64,000 bases of DNA from Octopus vulgaris (Eukaryota): NCBI GenBank assembly GCA_951406725.2, contig OX597821.1:69936001-70000000 (forward strand), written 5' to 3'. Made by a program: the position numbers and the translations under genes. Below, piece by piece: positions 14,420-26,895 of this stretch (within the stretch, counting starts at the first letter, position 1; each line of letters begins with the position of its first letter). The notes below the pieces were generated by a model. That model had not been told where the DNA came from. It saw only the letters and a list, made by a program, of their open reading frames with translations, and searched no databases.

Positions 14420-14519
14420 TGACTATTGAGTAATTGTAACATATTATTTTATAGATAAATTTCCTCTAGTTACATAATATTGAGGTCTCTTACTTTCTTT
14501 TGTTATCTTACCGTTTTTA

Positions 14520-14584
<65 letters not shown>

Positions 14585-14591
<7 letters not shown>

Positions 14592-14713
14592 TAATTTCAA
14601 CGGATTTCGCCCAAATTTGACGTCTATATTACTTAGTTTGGTTTGAAATAAAGAACTTGATTAGCTTAATAATCGTAACTTAATCCCGGGCAAGCCCGGG
14701 TTATACTGCTAGT
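14585..14713 (+). mobile_element. Short Helitron-like 3' end
   Basis: Hairpin CCCGGGC-AA-GCCCGGG followed by TTATACTGCTAG|T; same terminus type as 52541 and 28694. Confidence 0.6.
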
Positions 14714-15345
14714 TGTATATATTTTAATTGTTTGTTTATTCATACATTTCGTCTCATTCGATCCCCTGACCCCAATGTTTGTTTTGTCTGTCCTCGTATC
14801 GACCCCTCTTTTTCTCAACCTCATGCTTAATAAAGAAATTGACTGTTCACAGGTGCGATCCCACTTTGTTATCTAGACAGATAAATAGATAGATATTCTT
14901 AGCAGGCCAGTAAGTTTTTTTTCTCTATTTTGCAGCATTCGTGGACTACATTGAAATAAATGTTATTAAAGACATCAACAGAAATGATAGACATACACAC
15001 ATACACAGCCACATCTCGCACATTCTCTTTCTTTCTTGCTTGCTTTCTGTTCCTTTCTATCTCTCGCTCAGTCTGTCCTATCTCTCCCTCTGTCTGTCTG
15101 TCTGTCTCGTTTACTGTGGTATGCATGTGTGCGCGTGTATACATGCCCTAACACACACATTTTCCCGTGCATACTAAACTCACTAAAGCATAAATTCAGA
15201 CAGTTTGTTTTTCCGGCTGAGCAATATATGTATATATATAATAATCCTTATTATTGTTGATATATATGTATGTGTGTGTATATATATATAATGTATATAT
15301 ATATATATTGTTGATATATATGTATGTGTGTGTATATATATAATG

Positions 15346-15400
<55 letters not shown>

Positions 15401-15440
15401 ATGTATATACATAATGTATATGTGTATATATATATATATA

Positions 15441-15531
<91 letters not shown>

Positions 15532-16244
15532 TGTCCTTTATATACAACAGAAACAGTATCAAGATAAAATAACCATCCACGTATCATACATAACGTAGAT
15601 ACCTCAGTGAAGGGCAAATTTACTGTATTATTCATCCAACGATAACTTCTGTTATGAGCGTGTTGTGTTTATGAGCTCAATACTATATATTGGAGGTCGA
15701 CGGAAATGATCTGAGAAGCCACTTGCGAGAACATCAGATGCATTTCGGTCTGACTGACCCTTATCAGTGGTGTATATTCGCAGCCAAACGCATGGCTACA
15801 CAAGATGTCCTCTTCTGACGACGAATACCGCAGTTCATTTAGCTTTCAATTTATAAGAGTGTGTGTGGGTGTCTGTATGTGTGTGAGACTGTATGCATGT
15901 GTGCATACTTAAAGATACAGACGTATTAGCTCTTTCTTTTTTAAAGTTGTGCCAGACGTTATAAAGAAAACATGATCTGATTTGGTGAAGATCAATTTTA
16001 ATGAATAGGGAATCTTGTCACAGAAACATATGAATATGTTTAAGCTGCAGCAGAAATTATCTCGGCAGCGGTACGTTTGTTTTTTTTTTTTTTTAAGAAA
16101 AAAGTATAGTGAGAGCTTTACAGGAACTATTTTCTCATTGTTTTAAAAATGTTTAAATTAATGTCACTTAAAAGCGATTCTGTTAAAAGGCAATTAACAC
16201 CAGCGTTTTTAAAAGCAATTGGCCAAGAACTATAATAAATTTCG

Positions 16245-16785
16245 GAGATGTACTTGCATAGCAAGTGATTTGATCTGAGATCGTGTGCTGAAACGAAAAC
16301 AATTGCAGCGTGGAAGATGCTTGTAAGCCATTTAAGAAACACGTGAAACCGTTAGATTCACTGCAAGCCCAATGCAGAAGATTCAATGTCGTATACCGAT
16401 GCACTGTTCATAACATGGTAAACAACTCCTGTAGCTACTACATTGGATCTACCTCAAATTATAAACAAAGGTATTACGCACATTTAAACTCGTTTAAATA
16501 TAAAGGAGAATAGCAATTCCACATCACTAGTCAGCTACATACACCATCTAATTAGTAGAAAAATACTGTATAAACTGAGATGTACTTGCATAGCGAGTGA
16601 CTTGATCTGAGATCGTGTGCTGGAACGAAAACAATTGCAATGTGGAAGGTGTTTGTAAGCCATTTAAGAAACAGATGAAACCGTTAGATTCACTTCAACA
16701 TTTAAGTTTAATTTGTCAAAATATTTTCGTCGCTTTAAGACCGCGACCTGTTCACTGACAAAAATTCGTGACAAATTAAACTATA
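16245..16785 (+). mobile_element. Penelope-like element fragment: GIY-YIG piece flanked by two copies of an antisense pseudo-LTR segment
   Basis: CRRFNVVYRCTV...YYIGSTSNYKQRYYAHLNSFK (GIY-YIG); 118-bp repeats at 16245-16362 and 16577-16694; homologous to 30720-31240. Confidence 0.8.
16712..16762 (-). ncRNA. Hammerhead ribozyme-like motif with G3-C8 swapped core
   Basis: TTTGTCA-GTGAACA-G-GTCGC-ggtcttaaa-GCGAC-GAAA-ATAT-TT-TGACAAA. Confidence 0.65.
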
Positions 16786-18013
16786 ATATATTGTTGACAT
16801 TGAATATTTGGAAATCTATATTTGCGCGAATACAGTAGCAAAATTCGCTAAAACAATAAATATTAACATAACTTTTGCGTTGTTCTATTGAAAACATGAT
16901 TGCTCTGATGTCAGATGTTTCTTCATTATTTCTTTACATTTAGCTATAGCTGTACAGTCGCTTCGTTTCAAAATTTTCTCGGGGATTATGACCAAGTTGA
17001 AGTGGTTTGCCGAGGGCGTTCATTATTGATGTGTTTTTAAATGGGCCAAAAAATCGTGGGAATGACGTCACTAACCTAACTGCTGCTGCTGCTTAGTGGT
17101 AGGTCACTCCGACTGGGGATCACTATGAGGAAAGCTCTCGCCACCCGACCACCCGATTCTTTTTTCATCCGATACAGTCTGATTAATAAAGACTGCATTT
17201 ATTCAGGGTATCCTTTTCTTTTAAAGATGATGGGAGTAGGGTATGCGTGAGATTGAACTGATGTTTCTAGCCAGTCTTGCGACGAGCTAGATTCTCTGTT
17301 ATTGACCCTTTACAATTATGGATGAACAAGATTTACATTCTCAAAGTAAAATGTCAAGGGAAATCGATGTAAATCGCTGATCAATAAACAATACCATTTA
17401 CATTACTTGCAAACGCTAACCAAGGTCCTTCCCTATTGCTAATTCGAAAAGGGAAACTTCAAACGATTTAACCATCAATGAACTGCTAATATATTCATAC
17501 ATATTTATAAACACAAACCCAGGGTTACAAAGCATGGACGCATATATAACCATTTCGCACTGGGTGTATGTTAATGATTTGATTATCAAAGTTAATATTA
17601 AGTGAACATGGAATGCATGTAATAAGCGACAGGAAAATCGGGATTCCTAATAATATCGTCAAGACGCGAATTAAAATGTTAACCGTTAGCTCCAAGTTAC
17701 TTTAAGAAATCAAAGCGGAATTCTCTCTTTTGCAAGCATTTAGGTTAGGTGTTTGGTCTCGGGATAACATTTTCCCTTCCTTTCGACATTCACAGAGAAC
17801 CTGAGAAGTGACATAGTCGTTGCCTTTTTTTCTCTCTTTGATTAAACCATCACAGAATTGAAATTCTTGTTAAAAGCTATAATTTTATTTAAAATATTTT
17901 CATCAGGAATGACGACCAAAGGAGTAAATCAGCGAAACTTTGATTCGAATAGCATGTAAACCCTATTTTACTCACATTTGACACAATATGTGTATACACT
18001 CATACAAACGTTC

Positions 18014-18075
<62 letters not shown>

Positions 18076-18371
18076 ACACACACACAAAGATGAGAATGTG
18101 TGTCTGTGTGAATGCCTAAAACTTGAGAACTACACAACTAATTTCTTTAAAATTTTACACATGCCTTACTTAGGGTCCATGTAGTGTCATAGGCCCCAAA
18201 AATATTAACTTCTTGCCTAGTGTGAGCCCAGACCAATATCATATCGCCTCCACTATTTGAGTATTGCGGGTCAAAAGGGAAACAATAACATCTCTCTATT
18301 GCAATGTCAGATATTTTCTCTTTAACAAGTTTCACTTTAATACTGAAACTATTAAAGTGAAACTACAATCT

Positions 18372-18423
<52 letters not shown>

Positions 18424-18444
18424 CATACATACATACACATTCAA

Positions 18445-18630
18445 TATATGACCGCGTGTGTATCGTTGGCGATTTTCGTTCTCCGTCTTCCCTTTCCTTT
18501 TTCTATGTTTCTGACGAAGAGCTCCGTTAAATCCTCCTTTCTTTCCTTTCCTGAGTGTTCAATAATACTATACTTGTTCCACGTACTCGCGTTGTTATGT
18601 TTTCTCTTTGTGTTTTCATGTTTGGATTAA
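18445..18630 (+). mobile_element. PLE pseudo-LTR-like short element between microsatellites, with an internally deleted HHR
   Basis: Similar to 28420-28632; TTT-CTGACGA-AGAGC..[GAAAC missing]..GTTAAA. Confidence 0.5.
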
Positions 18631-18691
18631 ATACACATACACACACACACACATATATATATGTATACATCTGCACAAATGTATGTGTATG

Positions 18692-18746
<55 letters not shown>

Positions 18747-18886
18747 ATGTTTAGATGTATATATATAGATGTACATGCAATATGTACACATATATATATG
18801 CATACATATATATACACCCATATATACACACACACGCATATAGATACATACATACATACATATATATATATACACACACACACACA

Positions 18887-19205
18887 TAGGTGCAGTTATG
18901 GCTGTGTGGTAAGAAACTTGGTTCCAAAACACATGGTCCTGGGTTCAGTCCCACTGTGTGGTGACTTGGCATGTGTCTTCTGCAATAGCATCAGACCAAC
19001 CAAAGCCTTGTCAGTGGATTTCGTAGGCAGAAAATGAAAGAAATCAATTGTATACATACGTATCTGTATATGTAAGTGTATGTGTGTCTTTGTCTCTGTG
19101 TTTCTCCCTCATCACTGCTTTGTAACTGCTGTTCGTTTATTTACATCTCCATAACTTACTGGTTTGACAAGAAGAAACTGACAGAATAAGTATCTGGCTT
19201 ATCAA
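18887..19205 (+). mobile_element. SINE family B, diverged copy
   Basis: GGCTGTGTGGTAAGAA...GGTTCAGTCCCACTG...GACCAACCAAAGCCTTG. Confidence 0.75.
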
Positions 19206-19354
19206 AATAAAAAAAGCACTAGGCAGTGTCTCGTATTTTTGTTTGCCCAATCAGTTGTATCTATCAATCTATCTTTGTGTGTGCGTGTATGTATACACAC
19301 ACACACACACACACATACGCACACACACGCGCACACACGCGCACACACGCATAC

Positions 19355-19421
<67 letters not shown>

Positions 19422-19459
19422 AATAAAATACACACATATATATACATGTATGTATATTT

Positions 19460-20845
19460 TTTATTTTATTTTATCTAGTTTCAGCTCACGAGCTGTGGCC
19501 ATGCTGGGGCACTGCCATTTGGTCCTGCTACATGATTTTACTTCACGAATGCTTTTTAGCAACTGCATGAGAGAGTTCGATGCAGCTGCCCTCATCTGCA
19601 CCTCCTGCCGTGAAGTTGGTTCATCTAGGACAGCTGACAGGAAGAGATCCAGTTTTATTTTAAAGACATCTGCATCCACCCCATGCAGGTCTCTCAGGTC
19701 CTTCGGGAGGATATTGAAGAGCTATGGGCCTCTGAAGCCCAGGCTATCATAGTAACTTGTCCTACATCTTGATGGCAAATTTGGAGTCCTTGGCACTATG
19801 CAGTGGCGCCCAGTTCTAGTATTTGTGTAACTCTCGGTACCAAAGTTTGTGACAAGTCCTTCTAGGATCTTCCAGATGTATATTATGGCATATCTTTCTC
19901 TTGAGTCTTTCCCAGTAGCTTATATGCTGCACATAACTTGATCGCCTCAAGTTCTGTGATTAACTTGACACTGGTTGGTGACCATAGCTGAGAGCAATAG
20001 TCAAAGTGGCTTAGGACAAGTGTCCTCCAGAGGACCATCATGGTTTCCTGGTCTCTTGTTCTAAAAGCTCTAAGAATCTGTCCGGTCAGCCGCCTACATT
20101 TCATTGCCAATTTAGCAACATGCACATTAAAGGTTGCATCATTACTCATGTAAATACCCTGGTCTCGCACTGATTGTGCCTCTAGGATTGCAATCCTTCC
20201 AGGTCCAGTGTATTTATTGGGTATTGCATTTAGTTTTGCATGCTGATAGCATAAAGCTTGAAACCTTTCAGCATTGAACTGCATGTTATTCTTTTCAGCC
20301 CACTTGTATATTTTGTCGAGCTCACATTGCAGGTGCATAGCGACTTCAGGGTTCTGTATTACCTGTGAAACTTTTGTATCATCTGCATAACTTGTGATCG
20401 TGACTCTCTGCGCGGCTGAGGGCATGTCTGAGAGGGCCATTATGAACAGTAGTGGTCCCAAAACAGTGCCTTGCGAAACACCGCTCACTATTTGCGTGCT
20501 ACTACCACCTGACGTCTATCCTTCAGAAAGTCATGAAGCCATTCTCCCAATTTTCCAACAATGCCAAGATCACGCAGTTTGTGACATATCATTCCATGAT
20601 CGACTTTATCAAAGGCCTTTGCAAAGTCGAGATATATGACTTCCACATTTGAGTGGTTGAGCAGTCGTTTCAGCACCCAGTCACAGTGTTGTAGGAGCTG
20701 AGTTAAGAAGCTTCTTCCTGGTCGGAAACCATTTTGGGTGTCAGGCAGCAAGTCATTTTCTTCAAGGAAGGTGATTACTTTCCTTCTGACTATTCGTTCC
20801 ATGACCTTGCTGATGTGTGAAGTCAGAGAGATAGGTCTGTAGTCT
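19460..20845 (-). mobile_element. CR1/L2-like LINE, 5'-truncated, with small internal deletions
   Basis: YRPISLTSHISKVMERIV, YLDFAKAFDKVDH, SGVSQGTVLGPLLF, YADD; 3' tail GCCCCAGCATGGCCACAGCTCGTGAGCTGAAAC. Confidence 0.92.
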
Positions 20846-20996
20846 CCACAGACAACACGTGGTAAAAATTCTGGAGGGAAATACGAATTCACTTGTCTAT
20901 ATAAATGTAGATATGCTGATTAGCTTTTATATTTTTCGATGTCGCTTGATCGAAAATATAGGTAAGTTTTCCTAGCATTTCTAGATTTATAGGAAT

Positions 20997-21055
20997 ATTA
21001 TGTTGATGAAGGAAATGAGTCTTATGATTCTAAGTCAGAAACGTACGTCCATAAT
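20997..21055 (+). ncRNA. Hammerhead ribozyme-like motif (U3 variant, GUC cleavage triplet)
   Basis: ATTATG-TTGATGA-...GAGTCttatGATTC...-GAAA-CGTACG-TC-CATAAT; 6-bp helix I, palindromic helix III. Confidence 0.6.
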
Positions 21056-21272
21056 TAACCGAAGACTGTGTGATTTCATTATTTTTCTTCTTTTTTTTTT
21101 TGCCATATTTGAGTTACAAATATTGTTGTCTGTGGAAACTTATTTTTGTAGTAAAAGGAAATAGTAGCCTTTTGGCTGCTATTTCTAAAATTTTCGCTAT
21201 GTGGTTAAGCAACTTGTTGCAAAAAACCCTTATTGTTATAATTATGTATATATATATATATATATATACATG

Positions 21273-21352
<80 letters not shown>

Positions 21353-21399
21353 GAGAGAGAGATAGAGAGATGTATATACATATACACTTTATAATGAGA

Positions 21400-22035
21400 T
21401 CCGTTGGAAGGAAGATATAAGAACCGACCGTATGGTCTTGCAGACCATAACTACAAATAATATGAAAGTGTAATGGTGAAATGCCCATGTGAAAAGCTCA
21501 AATGCCGAGATGCAAAGACCAGACAGAGTGGTGGATGGGAATCAGTTGGCCAACAGTTGTGATAAAGCTAAAAACCAGCAGAAAGAAAACACCAATGTTG
21601 AATTATTGAGTAATATACAGTTACGTCGCCTAGGTTACAAGTTTGGATTTATGCCCGTAACTATTTGGGCACTAGGATATGTAACAAGTTGCCACAGCAA
21701 CAATCTTAAGAGATTAGGGTACTCGAAACTATAAAGGAGAAAGATGATTAAAAGATAAAAAATCCGAACCATCCATGGAAGTGCCAAAATCTGCAAAACT
21801 TTCTAAAAGTTTAACATGCAGGTACATATGCATGTGTCTAGGCATTCTCTTATATCTGTGACTATGAATATACCAAAAAAAGATCTTCACTCGAAATACT
21901 TGCAAAATGGACATCCATACATACATACACAACTGCCCTGCTGATGTTGTTAAACTTCTAATGAAGCTGCCTTGGATCTAGGTTCGAAAGCGGCTCCTTC
22001 ACCATTGGCAAGAAATCTTGAAATAAAAATGTGAA
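21400..22035 (+). mobile_element. RLE-type LINE 3' remnant (same lineage as 51515-52760)
   Basis: QRPD...YKFGFMPVTIWALGYVT..NLKRLGYSK...KICKTF; 3' UTR TTGGATCTAGGTT.GAAA...ATTGGCAAGAAA.CTTGAAATAAAA shared with 52680-52755. Confidence 0.65.
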
Positions 22036-22298
22036 TAATAGCATACGTACATACAAACATAGAAGCATACACATGTACACACACACAAATAATAATCTGG
22101 AAAGAAAACGAGCAAAAGATGCAGAAAGAATGAAAAGAAGAAAGAAAAATGAAATAAATACAGAAAGAAAAAAAAACTAACAAAGTAAACAAAGAATGAA
22201 AAAGTAAACAAAGAAAAAATAGAACAAAGTGAAGGAAAAATAATGAACGACTAAAGAAGGGTTAGAGTAATTAATACAAGTCTCCTCTATGTAAGCAC

Positions 22299-22340
<42 letters not shown>

Positions 22341-22574
22341 ACAATATGCTTCTACGTCGATGATGAAGTCACTACGGGGTAGTGAGTTGTATGTTTTATT
22401 GTATAGTGATGTGATGCAGTGTTGTATTATATTGTTTGTACGGTGTTGTGTTGTTGTACGTCGTATGTTATGTTGTGTTGATTGGCCTAAAGTTATTAGA
22501 AATGGAGAAAAGCGCCATTTTCCAATTAACCTCGCCGTAAATCATGTAGAGCTGCAAATGCTAGACGCCAGCCT

Positions 22575-22624
<50 letters not shown>

Positions 22625-23329
22625 TGCACCCATAGATATACAAATACATATACATAAATAAATGTATGTGTATACATCTATATATCCATATATATATATA
22701 TATGCATAAATATATATATATATAATTATATATATGTACTATGTATACGCACATATATGAGTATATATGTACCTGTGTATGTATGTATATAGATATGTAT
22801 GTATAAATACACACACCTGTAAGTTCGTTATACCGTTCGTAATTCACTTAATGCCTCTAATTTGCACTGTTATCTTCCCCAGTGAATATATAAACTCAGG
22901 CAGACCAATGGCGCTATGTTTCTTGCCGTTTCCAAAACTTTCTACAGATTTCTGCAGTTTCTTGTCTTGGAAGGCAACTAACCTAGATCAAAACGGAAAG
23001 CAGTCACACCATATATATATATATATACATACATACATATCTATATATATATATACACACACACACATACATTTACACGCCCTTGTGTGTACATGCTTAT
23101 TTCTATATCACGTACACGTAGACAAATACATATAAGCATACATACATGCTAAAGCACACACATGTGTTACATTTATACATAAATATATAGAGGCAACCCA
23201 CGGACAATACAAAGGTAAGAAATGGAACGTCGAGCGAGATGGACAGGCAGAATGCATGGATTAAATATATATATATATATAATGCAGATTTTTTCAATTG
23301 CATGAACTAAAAGAGGAAGCGCGGGCAAA

Positions 23330-24351
23330 CTACCTGCATCAACTTGCAATAAAAGCAGGTAGTAATTTTGAAGAGTGGAGTTGGATTTTTAACAGTTTCT
23401 TTTCAAAGCTGTAATGGAAGTGACAGAGGAACATATTTGGCGTTGAGTTCAATAAAGGCAACATCGCAACGGAAATTGCGAGAAATATCAATGCAGTTTT
23501 GGGGGGACCGGACAATAAGCGGACAATTCTGAGCCGGAAACTACAGACTAAAAGATGAGCCTCATCCTGGAAGATCTGTAGTGTTCGACGAGGATGTCCT
23601 GCAAACCTTGGTGCAACAAAATTCCATTGTAACTGTTGAGGAACTAGCAGAAATTTTGGATTTGGTGATTCAATCATTCATCGATACCTGCGTGCCATCC
23701 GAAAAGTCAGCAAACTAGGTCAGTGGGTTCCTCACAAACTTGCGCAAGGAGAGTGAATGTGTGATTTTCTTTGCTGTCATGTCTCACGAATGAATATTGT
23801 GATGGATGACGAGAAATGGGTTCTCTATAAAAATGTCACACACCGAAGACAGTGGGTAGGGATGGGAGAAACCCCGACACCCCAAGCTAAAGAAAGTCTT
23901 CACCCACGTGTTGTTATCTGTTCGGTGGGATATGAAAGGTTTAGTCCACTTTGAACTTCTAAACCCAAAACAAAATATCAAAAGAGATCTACTGCGAGCA
24001 GCTTGAGCGGCTGAAGTCAGCGCTACAAGGAAAACGTGGAGCTATTTGAATAATAAGAAACGATGCCCCATCCACCATATTCGCCGGACATTGACCCAGC
24101 TGATTATCGTTTATTTCGCAGTCTTCATATTCATTTGGACGGAAAAATATGAATTCTGTAGACAAGGTCAGAACAGTACTGGAGAAATATTTTTCGTCGC
24201 GGAGAGTGAATTCTGGAAGAGGGATCCTGCAAGTCTACTAGAGATGGAAGAGCATTGTAGAAAATGAAGGAGAGTATATTTTAGATTAAAACAAATTTTG
24301 TTTATCTTAATTTTGAAAAATAAAAGAAGTATTATTTATGGGATAACCCAG
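23330..24351 (+). mobile_element. Decayed mariner transposon
   Basis: WVPHKL, DEKWVLYKN and HPPYSPDIDPADY motifs in broken frames; right end ATTTATGGGATAACCCAG|TA. Confidence 0.85.
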
Positions 24352-24424
24352 TACACACACATATGCATAGAGTGTTTCAAGTGGTGTACTGACATTGTAT
24401 CATATATTGAGAAAAAGGTGGCTG

Positions 24425-25702
24425 TTAGTAACTTATCAAGAAAGTTCTTGCGGAAATTTTAATTTTGGTTTTAAATTATGTCTTTTCAAATTAATTCTCG
24501 TTAAATTACTTTGACCTTATATATGATTTTAAAGCTCGTTTTTCGTTCTATCTAACTGTGTTACTATTTTTCTTTTTGAATAATTAAACCATTTTTCCTG
24601 AACGTTGGATACAACATGGACAAAAAGCAAATTCGCAAAATTTTCTTATTTCAGTTCAAGCAAGGCCGAAAAGCTGCTGAAACAGCTCGCGATATCAGTG
24701 ATGCATTTGGCCCAGGAACCACTAATGAACGTGCAGCACAAAGGTGATTCAAGAAATTTCGTAGCGGTGACGAGAGTCTTGAAGATGATAAGCGTAGTGG
24801 TCGTTCATCGGATGATGACAACGATCAACTTAGTCGAAGCCAATCGACGCACAACTGTTCGAGAGCTTGCTTCTGAATTAGACGTAACATATACGACAAT
24901 TCCCAACGACTTGAAAAAGATTGGAAAAACAAAAATACTTGAGAAATGGGTGCCGCACGAATTGAGCGACAACCAAAAAAAAAAAAAAACGTCGTTTTGG
25001 AATCTCGTCTTCTCTTCTTTTACGCAACAAGAATGACCCGTTTCTCGACCGGATTTTGACTTGCGATGAAAAGTGGATTCTTTACGATAACTGGTGATGC
25101 TCAACTCAGTGGTTGCACGCCGACAAAGCTCCATGGCACTTCCCGAAGCCAAAGTTGCAGCAAAAGAAGGTCATGGTGACTGTTTGGTGGCCTGCGTCCG
25201 GTCTCATCCATCACAGCTTTTTGGATCCAGGTGAAACTATTACGGCAGAGAAGTACTATCAGCAAATGGATGAAATGCATAAGAAACTCCGACAACAACA
25301 GCCAGCATTGGTCAATAGAAACTTTTCTCCATGACAACACTCGGCCGCACGTCTCACAACTGACCCTGCAGAAGTTGAACGAATTGGGCTACGGAACTCT
25401 GCCTCATCCATCCGTCATACTCACCAGACCTCTCGCCTGCTGACTACCACTTTTTCAAACATCTCGACAACTTCCTGCTTGAGAAATGCTTAAAAAATTA
25501 AAACGATGAAAAACCACGCCTTCAACGACTTCATCACCACCAGAACGCAGGATGTTTACGCTACTGGCATCAATAAACTTGTTTCGCGTCGGCAAAAGTG
25601 TGTTGAATCTGATGGTGTTTGATTCGATTAATTAAGTTTTGTTTGAGCCGAGATATGTGGATTTAAAGGTTAAAAACCGCAAGAACTTTCTTGACATCCT
25701 AA
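24425..25702 (+). mobile_element. Near full-length mariner (DD34D-type) transposon, transposase pseudogenised
   Basis: MDKKQIRKIFLFQFKQGRKAAETARDI..., WVPHEL, LTCDEKW, LHDNTRPH, YSPDLSPADYHFF; TIR core TCAAGAAAGTTCTTGCGG (24436-24453) inverted at 25677-25694, terminal TA. Confidence 0.93.
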
Positions 25703-25793
25703 TAGAATTCTGGATAATTCTTTATTAGCGCTTTTGTTCATTTAATCGAGCTTTTAAAGACAATTAAAACCATGTACACATAAGGGCATGTGA

Positions 25794-25843
<50 letters not shown>

Positions 25844-26481
25844 TCGCGCGCGTGTGAGCTTGTGTTAATTTGTACATTTTGACTGGATCTACGTCGGGAA
25901 ATCCGCAGTGTTTGTTGAATTTATAGTTAATAAAGGAAACGGAAGATGGATTTAGTACGAATATTTACTCAGCAGGACAATCGTTTCTACCCATCCTGCA
26001 TCAATCCCATAGCGGTAGGAAATTGTTCGTCTTCTAGTTGTGTTACGTCAATCAGTGCATACTGCGTCACGTCGGGTGCTTGGTGTAAAAAGATATTTCC
26101 CACTGGATATATTGAGTTCTCCTTGGCATTTACAACGAACGAGGACAACCTGCCAAGGAGAACTCAGTCTATCTTGGAGGATATCTTTTTCTACACCTGA
26201 AGTGACACAGCCTGCACTGATTGATACAACACGATTAGATACACAATATCCTACTCCTACGGGACAACTTCAGGATGGGTCAAAACGACCGTCAAGCTGA
26301 ATAAAGTTTAGTACGGAATCCATCTTGCGTTTCGCTCATCAATTATATATATATAATTCAATACCCGAGCGTTATGCTAATACATCTGTTTGTTTTCTAC
26401 ACCACCTGTCTTCGTCTTTTGTTTTTTTTTCGTGAATTCTCCATATACATATACATATATATGTATATGGCGCATATACAT

Positions 26482-26895
26482 AGGCGCAGGAGTGGCTGTG
26501 TGGTAAGTAGCTTGTTTACCAACCACATGGTTCCGGGTTCAGTCCCACTGCGTGGCACCTTGGGCAAGTGTCTTCTACTATAGCCTCGGGCCGACCAAAG
26601 CCTTGTGAGTGGATTTGGTAGACGGAAACTGAAAGAAGCCCGTCGTATATATGTATATATATATATGCGTGTGTGTGTTTGTGTGTCTGTGTTTGTCCCC
26701 CTAGCATTGCTTGATAACCGATGCTGGTGTGTTTATGTCCCCGTTACTTAGCGGTTCGGCAAAAGAGACCGATAGAATAAGTACTGGGCTTACAAAAGAA
26801 TAAGTCCGGGGTCGAGTTGCTCGATTAAAGGTGGTGCTCCAGCATGGCCGCAGTCAAATGACTGAAACAAGTAAAAGAGTAAAAGAGAGTAAGAG
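26482..26895 (+). mobile_element. SINE family B, full length (tRNA head, CCTTGGGCAAGT core, internal TA/TG microsatellite, LINE-like tail)
   Basis: Near-identical to 56626-57090; A/B boxes TGGCTGTGTGG / GGTTCAGTCCC; tail (GTAAAAGA)n. Confidence 0.93.

Larger units (their letters stand above)
14191..14523. mobile_element. Fold-back element (246-bp palindrome plus 87-bp tail) between (TA)n tracts; probable inverted PLE pseudo-LTR pair
   Basis: Arms ~14191-14309 and ~14320-14436 are near-perfect reverse complements; each carries an HHR-like motif. Confidence 0.75.

Noticed and set aside
15640-15830. Possible additional GIY-YIG fragment (YIG...REH-like)
   Set aside because: Too short and frameshifted to support.
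21955-22000. HHR-like C(T/C)AATGA...GAAA in the RLE LINE 3' UTR (also 52682-52722)
   Set aside because: Both copies have A at the essential G5 and no helix I pairing; only a conserved hairpin is supported.
26482-26560. tRNA-like heads with A/B boxes
   Set aside because: They continue into SINE bodies and lack a complete cloverleaf; not tRNA genes.
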